64,000 nucleotides of DNA from Octopus sinensis (GCF_006345805.1 NC_043003.1:72540001-72604000), one strand, 5' to 3'; positions 11,230 to 24,479 are shown, counted from the stretch's first letter. The notes: generated from the letters alone by a model not told the origin. Translations and numbers: made by a program.

Positions 11230-13170
11230 GAGCCCTGGACGTAGGTTCCTAACTGACACAGGAGCAGATGCCAACGTGATCCCAGCGCCGGTAAAGGACC
11301 TCCGTTACGGAAAACGGGGTTAACCGTTAACGGCCGCCAACGGCCCCACAATCGAGGCGTACGGTCGCCGCATCCGTACTCTCAACATCGGCTCACAAAA
11401 ATATACATGGGCAGTCATCATCGCCGATGTCCACCAGCCTATTATCTGGTAGACTTTCTTCACACACACTTGCTACTGGTTGATTTGCAGGGGAGATGAC
11501 TCATCAACAGAAACATACGCTTCCGTGTCACTGGCAACATCTGCACATGCCACCCTCTCCTGCATAGCAACCATCTCTCAGACCGAGAACGAATTCTCGA
11601 ATCTCTTCGTAAGTCGCCTCGATCTCCTTACCCCGACATTCTCCAAACCTACAGCCCACTGCGGAGTGACACACCACATCCCCCCGTAATGCACGGCCAC
11701 GCACGTCGTCTATCACCAGACAAACTTGCTATAGCAAAGGCCAAGTTTGACAATATGGAAGCGTTGGGCATAGTTTACCGATCAAGCAATCTCTAGTCGT
11801 CACCCCTGCCTGTGGCACCCAAACCCAACGGAGATTGGTGACCTTGCGGAGTTTAGCGCCGTCTCAACGCAGATACAACACCGAACCGCTACCCCATTTC
11901 GCGCATACAGGACTTCTCAGCCAGCTAGCTGGGTACTCGGTTTTCTCGAAGGTCAACCTCATCCAAGGTCACCACCAAATACCAGTACAAGACGGCGATA
12001 TACCTAAAACCCCTTTGATCACTCCTTTCGGGTTGTATGAATTCGTACGTACACCCTTTGGCCTGAAAAACACAGCACAACCCTTCCAAAGCTTTATGGA
12101 CACCGTATGCAGGGGTCTTGATTTTGTCTTTGCATATTTAGATGATATCCTTATCACTAGCCAAAATTCGGGGCTACACAAGAAGCACATTTTGATAGAC
12201 TAGAACAGTATGGTCTAGTAGTCAACCCCCATCAAGTGTGTTTTTGGTGTTACAGGAATCGAATTCCTGCGACATCGAATCACGAGTGCTGGTGTTACAC
12301 CCCTGCCAGAAAAAAATGAAAACTGCCTTATCCTTTCCACGCCCCACCACAAGCAAGGCTTTACACCAATTTCTGGACATAGTAAACTTTTACCATCCCT
12401 TCATCCCTTCTGCAGCAAGAGTGATTAGACCCCGATACAAGCACAGGTGGAGTGGGATAGTGTAATAACCTTAGCCTCAAAATCCACGAAACAGAGCCTA
12501 GCTAAAGCAACGATGCTGTCCCATCCACATGTCAGCTTGGACTGCACTCATAATCGATGCCTCCGACACAGCCATTGGGGCGTTTTGAAACAATGAATCA
12601 ATAGTCAGTGGTGACCATTTGCCTTCTTCGGCCGGCAACTACAACCTCCAGAACAGAAATACAGTGCTTTTGGCAGGGAACTACTGGCTGTCCATCTAGG
12701 TGTCCGCCACTTTCGCTATTTTCTTGAAGGTAGCTTGTTTACAGTCACTGACCACAAACCACTTACCTTTGCTATGTGCACTCACCTTTGCTATGTGCAA
12801 GCTCTCGGAGCCTTAGTCTGCACGCCAGCAACGATAGTTATCGGCCGTTTCTGAGTACACCACGGACATCCAACACATATGTGGAAAAAGCAACCCATTT
12901 GCCGACGTACTCTCTCGTGCCCCTACCCACTCTCACACCTACATAGCCCCAATAACGGAAGGCCTGGATTACGAGGATATGACTGCAGCCCAACAGACAG
13001 ATGACAAGATCAGAGCTATCACATGGCACAACCGTCACGTCAATTTCCTTGCAGAACATGCACTTTGGCTCCAAAGTGAATCCACCGGGAAGCCACGATT
13101 GATCGTCCCATTAGCCTGGCTCAAGGTTTTCGACGTCCTTCACGGACTGTCCACCCGGGTATTAGGCGAG
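11230..13170 (+). pseudogene. Gypsy pol remnant (protease-RT-RNase H)
   Basis: FLTDTGADANVIP; FSKVNLIQGHHQIPV..PFGLYEFVRTPFGLKN..FAYLDDILI; DASDTAIG and TDHKPL motifs. Confidence 0.85.
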
Positions 13171-13251
13171 TAACCACATGCACGGCAGTGCAGTTAAAAC
13201 GCCTTCCCGGTTCGGATGACAATAAACAGTTCTGGAAGCGAGAGAGCTATA

Positions 13252-13441
13252 TGTAAGGCACTACCTAAAGATTTATGACAATCGAACTGTAGACAAGAAC
13301 TTCACTGCGGACTAGCTAGAGAACTGGTCAGCGTCGAAGTTGATTTCCTGTCAAGTGGGCTTCTACGAAGCAGGAGTTGACTAGCAGCTGTCGCCCTCAT
13401 GCATTTAACTGAATAAACCTTTCACTGACGCTATACGTAAC
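13252..13441 (+). repeat. Gypsy 3' LTR (internally deleted)
   Basis: TGTAAGG..AAAGATTTATGACAATCGAACTGTAGAC.. aligns with the 5' LTR with many substitutions; purine-rich tract just upstream. Confidence 0.75.
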
Positions 13442-13649
13442 CCGTATCGCGTAGGAGCATCGTTGAATGCTTGGAAATTTTGTGCAGTCCGTTTCTTGTG
13501 CTGGAGTATGTTGCACCACATTCCCATGTGTACATTAAGGAGTTTTTCCACTTTTTCATGTTCCTGTGGTGCAACTTCTCTCATGCTACCGATGTGTTGT
13601 TGCATGGTCTGGACATAGTTCTGTGGGCTGTCTATTGACAGTCTTCCAC

Positions 13650-14335
13650 ACTTGTTCGTAGGGTTACGTGAAGATCATAAACCCTACGTAAACCCTGTTA
13701 TGGGGCCCCCAACCCGACCAGTTTGTGGAGCGAATATCTCACAGATATTACGATCACTCATTGAAATGTTCCCAGATGTCTGTGTGAACATGGAAAATCT
13801 CCGTAGTAGAATCAGTAGTTGCAACCACTCCAACGACCTCACAGGTTGTGTAGTGAGTAGTATGGATATAGTTTCCCTCTACCCATCTGTAGACATAGAT
13901 TTTACTCTGGGAAAATGTATTGAGATCATCTATGAGAGTGAAATAGAGTTCCGTAAAGTCAACACGAGGTAACTGGGCCTTCTCCTTAAACTAAGCTATG
14001 ACTGGAACTATCTAGAAACCATGACCTTAGTAGATTCTTCCCCACCAGGTCACAGAGTGGAAGAGCACCCATATCCCCTCGGCATTGAAGAAAAGCACCG
14101 CAGAGCGCTGGAGTGGCTGGACCATACCCATCCAGGACCCTGAGAACAATAGCCAGATAAAAAGAATGATTGCACATTAAGATCGTTGAAAACCCAGGGA
14201 GCTCAATCAGATCACACCAATGTAGGACGTACCCCTTTGAGAATACCAAATGCACCAATGATAACTGCATGGTATGTAAGGTTAACCCTGTCGTTAATAA
14301 TTTCTTTATTGGCAAGAAATCTTGAAATGAAACTG
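13650..14335 (+). mobile_element. Internally deleted Penelope-like element fragment
   Basis: EDHKP..GPPTRPVCGA and SSMDIVSLYPS (PLE RT), followed later by CTNDNCMVCK. Confidence 0.65.
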
Positions 14336-14339
14336 AACA

Positions 14340-14560
14340 ATGACATACATAAATACATACATACATACATACATACATACATACGCACGTACGTACATAC
14401 ATACGTACATACGTACATACATACATACATACATACATACATACGTACGTACATACATACATACATACATACATACATACATACCTGATTACGTAGGTTC
14501 GTACATGCATACATACATACATACATACATACCTGATTACATAGGTTCGTACATACAAAC
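14340..14560. repeat. (TACA)n microsatellite
   Basis: Direct inspection. Confidence 0.9.
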
Positions 14561-14912
14561 TTAAGCACACATATTCCTTTTGTACGTCCAGGCATCGTAA
14601 TGTAGGTATTCCTGCACAAACTACAAAGGAGTGCACGTACTTAACACATGCATGCACACATACACACATGTATATGTGTGCACGCACATACGTATGCGCA
14701 TGCAAACTTACACACATGCACACATACTCCCTTGGTGTGCGTGGTATAGACATATAATCTTAAAGATATAAAATAAAAGGCGTACATACGTACTGACAAA
14801 CGCACATGCATCTAAGTCTGCATGCCAGCACATAAACATACTATTCAAACAGGTGCACGTGTGTTTATTTGTTTATTTATTTATTTATTTATTTATTTAT
14901 TTCAAGCGTTTA

Positions 14913-15151
14913 TCTTTTATACTCTTTTACTCTTTTAATTGTTTCAGTCATTTGACTGCGGTCGTGCTGGAGCACCGCCTTTAGTAGAGTAAATCGACCC
15001 CAGGACTTATTCTTTGTAAGCCTAGTACTTATTCTATCGGTATCTTTTGCCGAACCGCTAAGTTACAGGGACGTAAACACACCAGCATCGGTTGTCAAGC
15101 GATGTTGGGGGGGACAAACACAGACACACACACACAAATATATATATATAT

Positions 15152-15212
<61 letters not shown>

Positions 15213-15380
15213 CATATATACGACGGGCTTCTTTCAGTTTCCGTCTACTAATCCACTCACAAGGCTTTAGTCGGCCCGAGGCTATAGTAGAAGACACTTG
15301 CCCAAGGTGCCACGCAGTGGGACTGAACCCGGAACCATGTGGTTGGTAAGCAAGCTACTTACCACACAGCCACTCCTGCG
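14913..15380 (-). mobile_element. SINE family A, full length
   Basis: Complete head (CGCAGGAGTGGCTGTGTGG..GGGTTCAGTCCC) and tail on the minus strand. Confidence 0.85.
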
Positions 15381-15394
15381 TTTATATCTTAGTT

Positions 15395-15781
15395 TTTCCA
15401 GTCATTTGACTGCGGCCATGCTGGGGCGTCGCTTTGAAGGGTTTTAACCGAAGAATTCGACCCTATCACTTATTTTTTTAAACCTAGTACTTATTCTATC
15501 GGTCGCTTTACCGCACCGCTAAGTCACGGGGTCGTAAACACATTATCACCGGTTGTCAAACGGTGATGGTGAGGTAACAAACACAAACACGCACACGCTC
15601 ACACACGGACACACATATACCATGGACTTCTTTCACTTTGCGTCGACCATATATCTACTCACAAGGCTTTGTGGAATCTAGGTTATAGTAGAAGACACTT
15701 GTCCAAGATGCCGCGCAGTAGGACTGAACCCGGAACGACATAGTTGGGAAGCTAGCTTCTTACCACACAGCCACGCCTGCA
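15395..15781 (-). mobile_element. SINE family A, diverged
   Basis: Reverse-complement family A match. Confidence 0.75.
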
Positions 15782-15800
15782 CTTAAACACATATAAATAT

Positions 15801-16095
15801 CACGTGACCGACCAGACCATCAGATGTTGCTACACATCGGTGGTCACAATGCGTTCGCATAGTTTTAACCTTCGAATGACGCCACCCCACTGGCTAAGCG
15901 AGCAGGCCAACAGAAGAAAGAGTGAGAGAAAGAGTGGTGAAAGAGTACAGCAGGGATCACGACCCCCTGCTGGAGCCTCGTGGAGCTTTTAGGTGTTTTC
16001 GGTCAATAAACACACAACGTCTGGTCTGGGAATCGAAACCGCGATCGTACGACCGCGAGTCCGCTGCCCTAACCACTGGGCCATTGCGCCTCCAC
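15801..16095 (-). mobile_element. SINE family C (tRNA-derived)
   Basis: Minus-strand head GGCGCAATGGCCCAGTGGTTAGGG (A box) ..GGTTTCGATTCCC (B box); core shared with 42817-43099. Confidence 0.75.
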
Positions 16096-16599
16096 ATATA
16101 AATATACTAATCAAAATTAGAATCATGATTGATCCAGGAAGGAAATAGAGATAGTAAGAATGAAAAGGGAAGAATGAAAAAGGAAGAATAGACGGGGAAG
16201 AGAAAAAAAGGAAGAGGAGTCCAGGGAAAAGAAGAATAAATTTAGTGAAGAGGACGTCGCACACGATTTTTATGAAGATAGAAAAAGATGGAAAAATTGA
16301 TATAGATATACAGAGGTATACATATTAAAGCATTTGGTAGCCTTGCTGCCAGTACGACCCCACCACACACACACATACTACATATAATTTACGCTAATGA
16401 AGAAATAAATATCTCCATTTCATTTCTAATTATTCTTCTTGTAGATTCTTTTTGCTTTTCTTTTTAATGTTTCCCTATTTGTTTTCTGAAATACCTGTGG
16501 TTCCATCCATTAAAAGACATGATACCCTAAGTCGTACATTCCTATGTCAGATAAAACTTTTAATAGTTCTGCTTAAATAATAAGGGTTTTCTCTCTTTT

Positions 16600-16648
<49 letters not shown>

Positions 16649-16981
16649 TCATCTTCTCTCCCTCTGTATCGCTATTTCCCTTTTTCCTGCTCTCTTTCTC
16701 TGAGAGATAACATGCGTGCCAAACTATTTTTTGTTTCCCTCTGACAAAGCATAAGAATTAGTCATCACCACCACGCCCACCCGTCCACACACACCTTTAT
16801 GTACATGTGTGTGTGTGCACCCGCACATGTGTGTGAGTGAGCGTGTGTGTGTGTGTGCAATAGGGGCATTAACTCTCACTGTGTTTCTTTATCAATTCCA
16901 ATACCAAAAGATGTGAGCATAAGTGTCTGAGTGTATTTTTATTTCTCTCTCTCCTCTCTCTCTCTCTCTCTCCTCTATATA

Positions 16982-17032
<51 letters not shown>

Positions 17033-17989
17033 ACATATATATATATATACATGTATGTATGTGTTTATATATATGTATATATATATATATCGTTATATAT
17101 ATATAGAGAGAGAGAGATACACACACACCACATATATATATATACCTGTATGTATGTGTTTATATATATGTATATATATATATATATCGTTATATATATA
17201 TAGAGAGAGAGAGATACACACACACACACATATATATATATATACATACACACGCACACGCACATATACATGGGGTGGGCACACACATATACATGGAGTG
17301 AATGAATGTAAATTGATAAAATTATAGCTAGAATATAAATTGAATGAGCACATTCCTTCGGTAATGAAGATAACACCAATAGGATTGTGGTTCCAGAATT
17401 GGCCATGCCATATAGAGTGGAAGCGACGAAATGTGTGTGTGTGTGTGGGTGATGGTAATAATGGAGGTGGTGGTGAAATTGGTAGTGCGAATCGAAGATC
17501 ACATGGTGGTAATGATGATGACGATGCTGGTGGAGGGTGGTGGTGGTGGTGGTGGTGGCGGCGGCGGCGGAGGCGGTGGGGGGTGTTGGTGTTGGTGGTG
17601 GTGGTGGTGTTGGTAGTGGTGGTAGTGGTGGTACTGGTTAATCTTTTGATTATCGTTTCTCACTATGCTAGACATGTAGGACTACAAGCGTGACAACAAA
17701 TGCTACACTACCACCACCACCACCACCAGTACCACCACCATCACTGCACCAAAGCTACCGCCACCATCCCCACTGACCATTCATGCTCAACGTCAAGAAA
17801 CGTCTACAAACGTCGCAACCTTGGCTCTTGCTTGTGCATTTCCACTCACATTATGAGCCCTTTGTTGCGAGTGTGCTGCAGAAGATGGTCTTGCTGACTG
17901 TTGGGATGCTCTCTTACTTAAACATTGAAAGAACAGATACTCCAATCAGGCCTACACCTACTGGAGTACAATAGGTGGTCAGGTAGTAT

Positions 17990-18230
17990 ATCATAACAGG
18001 CGATTGGCATTCATCACCTCTGCCCAATGTTCTATGAACGCTTTTCTTAATCGACATGTGTCAGAGAGGTCATCGTGGCCATAAACTCGTTTCCTTACTT
18101 ATCCATTTGAAGGTTCTGCCAGAATCAGATCCCAAATAGCTTTACGATCTTCGGCCCAGTAACATATGCTGGCCAGCATTCAGTTTCCTTTCCTCACTGT
18201 GAGTTGCAAACCTGCTGACAAACCCGCCGC
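17990..18230 (-). mobile_element. Possible RTE-type LINE C-terminal remnant
   Basis: A minus frame reads CYWAEDRKAIWDLILAEPSNG*VRKRVYGHDDLSDT, weakly RTE-like. Confidence 0.35.
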
Positions 18231-18234
18231 TGGG

Positions 18235-18611
18235 TTACTCTACTCTTTTACTTGTTTCAGTCATTTGAATGCGGCCATGCTGGAGCACCGCCTTTAATCG
18301 AGCAGCTCGATCCCGGGACTTATTCTTTGTTAGCCCAGTACTTATTGTATCGGTCTCTATTGCCGAACAGCATCGGTTGTCAAGCAATGCTAGGGGGACA
18401 AACACAAATATACACGCACACACACATATACATATATATACATATATACGACGGGCTTCTTTCAGTTTCCGTCTACCAAATCCACTCACAAGGCTTTGGT
18501 CGGCCCGAGGCTATAGTAGAAGATACTTGCCCAAGGTGCGACGCAGTGGGACTGAACCCGGAACCATGTGGTTGGTAAACAAGCTACTTACTACACAGCC
18601 ACTCCTGCGCC
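18235..18611 (-). mobile_element. SINE family A
   Basis: Full head and tail match. Confidence 0.85.
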
Positions 18612-19892
18612 TGTGTTGTGCACTTACTGTACAATGTATTCCTTCAGTATGGTGCTGACTACCTTAATTTCGGTGGTGTCTAGCATCATCATGCTGTCAT
18701 CGACATGGTATTCTGATATCCTTGTTCGCGTGGGATATGTTTTAACACCTTCAGCTTCCACAACAGTAGATCAAGAGATAAATTATACACTCTAACGATG
18801 CTAATGCTGATTTCAAATTTTAGCACAAAGTCAGCAACTTCGGAGGATAAGTCGATTATATCGATCCCAGTGCTCAGCCAGCCCTTATTCCGAAAGAATT
18901 AAAGGCAAAGTCGACCTCAGCAGAATAAACGACACTAATATTAATAATAGAGATATCGAGTGTTAGGGTATGACACAGCTATTAGTAGTTTCCTTCTAAC
19001 TTGTCTACCACTGAATCCGATCTGGCACCCAATTCTGACCTGTGATTTCACGGACTGTCTGCATGTGACAGTATATTATCTCCAGAGCAACTGCATTTTC
19101 AGGCTGGTTAAACCAGTGTGAGAGTAGTCGATGAGTTTTAAATTCTCAATTAAATTTTGTAAGGCCTTAAGACTCTACGAATGTGAAAGTTAAATTTTCA
19201 ACGGACTGTGTGAAGGGGAACCAACCAACAGTGGTCAAGTTTCAAAGAACAGCAAAGCGATATCCAACATCACAATGAGAAGTGTACGTGAGAAAACGGT
19301 GAGAGACATAGATGTTCTTGGTCATCTCACTTCATCCCTGGTATACTTCAGTTTCATCTCGGTCCGACTTGACACTGGTCCAGCAAGTCAGGGACGAGAA
19401 AGTGATACTGATTGCCGGGCACATCCCTCCCTCTCTATAATTCAAGTCTAGTACAAGTTGATTTGAACTTCTTGGAAAAACAACAGGCTGTGGAACTTCC
19501 GTTGCGACAGTTTAGCTAAAACGAAAACTAGACATTAACATCTATTAAAATAGCTTCCGAATGTCACATCATATCTCTTCTATGTACCAAATGTCAAAGT
19601 CCAGTCATGGACCAAGTTTGCATATTTGAAGACAATAACATATTTAAAGAGAAATACATTATGGAATGAATAAGAATCGTAATATCGTAATAGGGTACAT
19701 TCCTACCACAAAAGATTTTGAGTACTGTTTAGGCTGTGGAAGAGGAATAAAAGTTACTGGGTGGATGAAGGACACTATTTTCTATCTCATATTTCATCAT
19801 CAATATTTGCTTATGAGATGACGAACTTACCCAAAGTTGTTTGATGTTAATGACATATCATCGCTTTGTACAGTGTAAGAACTGAACTATAC

Positions 19893-20106
19893 TCTCTCTT
19901 TTACTCTTTTACTTGTTTCAGTCATTTGACTGCGGCCATTCTGGAGCAGCGCCTTTAGTCGAGCAAATCGACCCCGGGACTTATTCTTTGTAAGCCCAGT
20001 ACTTATTATATCGGTCTCTTTTGCCGAACCGCTAAGTGACGGGGACGTAAACACAACCAGCATCGGTTGTCTAGCAATGCTAGGGGGAAAAAACACAGAC
20101 ACACAA

Positions 20107-20178
<72 letters not shown>

Positions 20179-20315
20179 GACAGGCTTCTTTTCAGTTTCC
20201 GTCGACCAAATCCACTCACAAGGCATTGGTCGGCCCGGGGCTATAGCAGAAGACACTTGCCCAAGATGCCACGCAGTGGGACTGAACCCAGAACCATGTG
20301 GTTGGTTAGCAAGCT
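19893..20315 (-). mobile_element. SINE family A
   Basis: Family A match, slightly 5'-truncated. Confidence 0.85.
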
Positions 20316-20339
20316 TTTGTAATTTATCTTACGTTTGCG

Positions 20340-20930
20340 ATTAAGAATATTATCAGTCAGCAAAGCCTTGTAGACCTTCCTCGAAAACTACTACCCATTT
20401 AGCAATATTCCATTTGAATGGAGCTGGTATGTTCAGCATTATCATCTGTATTCTCAGTTTGCTCTTGTTCTAACAGCATCAGTTTTTTACCTGATAAACT
20501 TTTTCAATGGGATATTAGCCACTCAACCACACCAGTTTCTATGACTTCAAATTCTATATCATTTGTGTTTCAATATCTTCTTGAATTTGATGTAGACTTT
20601 CTGCATGTAGAAACTTGTAAAGTCACGGATACAGTTTGGCTGTTTTCCAAGAACCATTTGAACTTGAAGGTCTGACATCCTTCAATGATTCAGTTATATT
20701 TACAGCACCCTGTCTGTTGAACTTGAGAAGTCTCTAACGGTCAATTTATTTTTCTTGTTAATTATCTGTATATACTTTAATAATGAAATACTCCACTCCA
20801 CATCCCGTAAGTGTTTATAGTGAAGAATACACAAATACCTAGATACACAGACACACATAATAGTTTGGAACCCTGCGATAGGTGTTCCAAATGCATATAG
20901 ATGCACAACCAAAAGGGAACCGCAAGGAAC
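20340..20930 (-). mobile_element. Tigger/pogo transposase C-terminal remnant
   Basis: Minus frames give KLTVRDF, SLKDVRPSSSNGSWK and EFEVIETGVVEWLISH*KSLSGKKLMLLEQEQ, resembling Tigger/TIGD C-termini. Confidence 0.5.
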
Positions 20931-20974
20931 TCTTTATTGCATTAAGTTACAAATAGTTATAGAATATAGTATAC

Positions 20975-21373
20975 TCTTACTCTTTACTCTTTTACTTGTT
21001 ACAGTCATTTTACTGCGGCCATGCTGGAGCACCGCCTTTAATCGAGCAACTCGACCCCGGGACTTATTCTTTGTAAGCCCAGTACTTATTCTATTGGTCT
21101 CTTTTGCAGAACCGCTAAGTGACGGGGACATAAACACACCAGCATCGGTTGTCAAGCAATGCTAGGGGAACAAACACAAACATACATGCACACATATATA
21201 TATACATATATACGACGGGCTACTTTCAGTTTCCTTCTACCAAATCCACTCACAAGGCTTTGGTCGGCCTGAGGCTATAGTAGAAGACACTTGCCCAAGG
21301 TGCGACGCAGTGGAACTGAATCCGGAACCATGTGGTTGGTAAACAAGCTACTTACCATACAGTCACTCCTGCG
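20975..21373 (-). mobile_element. SINE family A
   Basis: Family A match. Confidence 0.85.
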
Positions 21374-21390
21374 ACTTGATACAATAAAGT

Positions 21391-21484
21391 GTTCTGTGTG
21401 GATCCGTTATGGTTGAGCATTCACACGCATTTGGAATATCTATGGCAGGGCTCTAAACAACAATGGTGAAACGCGCGTAAGAAC
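21391..21484 (+). ncRNA. Degenerate type I hammerhead motif
   Basis: GUUCU-GUGUGGA-UCCGUU...AAUGGU-GAAAC-GCGC-GUA-AGAAC; perfect stem I but two core substitutions. Confidence 0.5.
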
Positions 21485-22435
21485 TTTAATAGAGTTGTGT
21501 TTATCCTATTTCCTACATTCACACTGTAACTCATAAGTAGTAACGTTACTCAGTACAGTAGTTAACAACTATACAGAAAGCAGACCCGATTGTGAAAATC
21601 TACACCCACACGTACATATACGTGTGTGTGTGTGTGTGTGTTGTGTGTGTGTGTGTGATTATAATATTTCAAATTGTTATCTATACTTTGATCATAGTGA
21701 GAACACCAAGAAGCAGTCTTTTGGCTAAGAAGAAATTTTAGTTTTTAAACTGTTAATAACTATCTTGGTTTCCAGAAGGTTGAAATTGCAGACCGTATCC
21801 CGAGATTACTAGTCATACTGTATAATTTTCGTAAGCACGAAATCCCGTAAACTGGATAATTTGGATCTGAAAATGTGAACTCTCAAAGAAAATATTCTGA
21901 CCTTGGCCAATCTGGTAACATAACTCTATAATTTCATTATACACCGTTTAGAAAGTACGGTTACAGAACTAATAAACAAAGCCGATTTCATCAACACCAA
22001 CCCACCCAGTCAAGGTACACCTGGCGCAGTTCCTCCCTGTGAGGGGATTTTATGAAACAGTTAAGACTCGATTCACAGATACTTGACACTACTCCACCTT
22101 GTAAGGATATTTTATAAAGTAGGTAAGGCTACATCCACCTAGGTACTGTTTTATAAGAACGGATGTAATAAATAATGGTTATGTTATAAAAACTCGTGCA
22201 TTTAGAGAAGCTTATGTAATATGAACGGGTAGTTAAACGGGTGTGATGCCGTTCTGAAATGTTATCGCTAAAAATCGTGAATGAAATGGGCTGCGTGTGA
22301 ATTGAATAGCAAACCGGGGAAAAATTTGAAGAGGCGTTGCCTCCACAGCCGTCAACAGGTGGTTGTGTGTTTAATGTATTATATACAAGTGAATACCTGT
22401 ATATGAATGTGTGTATGCATATGTATGTATGTATG

Positions 22436-22469
<34 letters not shown>

Positions 22470-22928
22470 TGTATGTATGTATGTATGTGTGTGTGTGGAT
22501 GTATGTATTACGTATGTATGTATGTATGTATGTATGTATGTATGTAGAACGTTTGTATGCATATATATATATTAATGTATATGTTTGTCATCAATTCTTT
22601 GGCTTTAATGAAGAACATTTATAACCTGATTGTTCTGATGCGCAATGTGCATCCTTTTCTCTCCTATGAGATTTTGACCTTCAAACAGCTACAAAGCAAG
22701 ACAATGTTTAGATACCTATTCATTATTAAGAAATAAGAAAGGAAGACCATAATCTTTTATTTGTTATATTCTTCTATTCTTTTATTCTTTTACTTCTTTC
22801 AGTCATTTGACTGCAGCCATGCTGGTGAACCGCTTTGGTCGAACAAGTCAACTCTAGGACTTAGAATAAGTACTTGGATTAGAAAGACTATATGTGTATT
22901 CATCTACATGTATATACATATATATGTT

Positions 22929-22964
<36 letters not shown>

Positions 22965-23488
22965 ATTATATACATATATATATATATATAATATATATAT
23001 ATTATATATATATATAAAGCATATATATATATATATGCAATATATTCATATATATATATTCATATACTCATCTATATATAAGCATATTATCTATATATTC
23101 AGCTATTCATCTATCTATCTATCAATATATATATATATATTCACACACACACATAATATATAATATATATATATTATATTATATATATAAATTATATACA
23201 TATATTCATATAATATATATATATAGATATATATATATATATATTATAAACATATATTCATATATATATATCTATATCACATATATATATAAATTATATA
23301 CATATATTCATGTATATATATATATATAATCTATATATATATAATAATATATATAATATTATATATATATACATATTATATATATGTATATAAAATTAGA
23401 ATGAGGGTGAAAAATTGGATATTAATTTGCTAACATCAATTTTAACACCAGTGGTCTAGCATATAAAAAACTGAGGTTCAGTAAATAG

Positions 23489-24156
23489 TATTACATACAT
23501 ATAAGAGGCAAATTTTACCACTATGTGGAAACCCTAATGATAGAAGAAGATCCGCTATGGTCATAACCACTAAGAATTGTTCTCTAGAAAATTTAGCAAA
23601 CACCAGAAACGTAAGTGAGCAAGACAAATGAAAAGTAACAAAAATATAGATTAATCATAAAAAAATGTTTCACTATCAACAAATTACGTAATTTTACTTA
23701 CATATTTTTATCTGTAGATCTTCAGTATGATCATCTATACAAATATAATTTGCAGAACTACACGCCAGACATCAACACGAAGTCGAAAAGGCATGCAGTT
23801 CTACCTATTACTCTTGTGGTTATTTTTCAGAAGTCTTCGTTTTGGCGCACTAAATTACCGGAAATAATACTGCATAAAACAATTCACTGCAGTAGCCTTT
23901 GCCGGTTTGAGAACGTATCAATTTAAAATTAAAATTAGAATAAATTATGTAAGTAAAATTACGTAATTTGTTGATAGTGAAACATTTGTTTATGATTAAT
24001 CTATATTTTTGTTACTTTTCATTTGTCTTGCTCGCTTACGTTTCTGATGTTTGCTAAATTTTCTAGAGAACAGTTCTTAGTGGTTAAGACCATAGCGGAT
24101 CATCTTCTAGCATTAGGGTTTCCACATAGTGGTAAAATTCCTCTTATATGTATGTA

Positions 24157-24159
<3 letters not shown>
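23489..24159. mobile_element. Fold-back element with ~225-bp inverted arms carrying an HHR
   Basis: 23489-23713 is the reverse complement of about 23937-24159; the spacer is about 220 bp. Confidence 0.85.
23654..23731 (-). ncRNA. Type I hammerhead motif (cleavage-site G mutated in this arm)
   Basis: Minus strand: AUCAUA-CUGAAGA-UCUACAG...GUUGAUAGU-GAAAC-AUUU-UUU-UAUGAU; the right arm keeps GAAAC-AUUU-GUU-UAUGAU. Confidence 0.6.
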
Positions 24160-24190
<31 letters not shown>

Positions 24191-24191
24191 T

Positions 24192-24331
24192 TAGAGACAA
24201 AACCACTATTTTGCAAAACAAACAAGGAAAGACTTTCAATACATAAAATTTTATAATAAAATACTTTTATTAAAATTTTATGTATTGATTAAGTCTTTCC
24301 TGTTGTTTTGCAAAATAGTGGTTTGTCTCTA
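24192..24331. repeat. ~140-bp palindrome
   Basis: TAGAGACAAAACCACTATTTTGCAAAAC.. mirrored by ..GTTTTGCAAAATAGTGGTTTGTCTCTA. Confidence 0.9.
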
Positions 24332-24361
24332 TTAATATTATAGAATATATTACTATAAAAA

Positions 24362-24461
24362 NNNNNNNNNNNNNNNNNNNNNNNNNNNNNNNNNNNNNNN
24401 NNNNNNNNNNNNNNNNNNNNNNNNNNNNNNNNNNNNNNNNNNNNNNNNNNNNNNNNNNNNN
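24362..24461. other. Assembly gap (100 N)
   Basis: Run of N. Confidence 1.
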
Positions 24462-24479
24462 GAAGAATGGTGCGTTGGA

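Larger units (their letters stand above)
10274..13441 (+). mobile_element. Decayed Gypsy/Ty3 LTR retrotransposon, integrase largely deleted
   Basis: Homologous LTRs at both ends, PBS TGGTGACC at 10504, and gag, DTG protease, RT (YLDD) and RNase H pieces broken by stops and frameshifts. Confidence 0.9.

Noticed and set aside
16020-16095. tRNA gene
   Set aside because: A and B boxes are present, but it runs into a SINE body; this is a tRNA-derived SINE head
19110-19300. Possible mariner transposase N-terminal remnant
   Set aside because: Similarity is too weak to support
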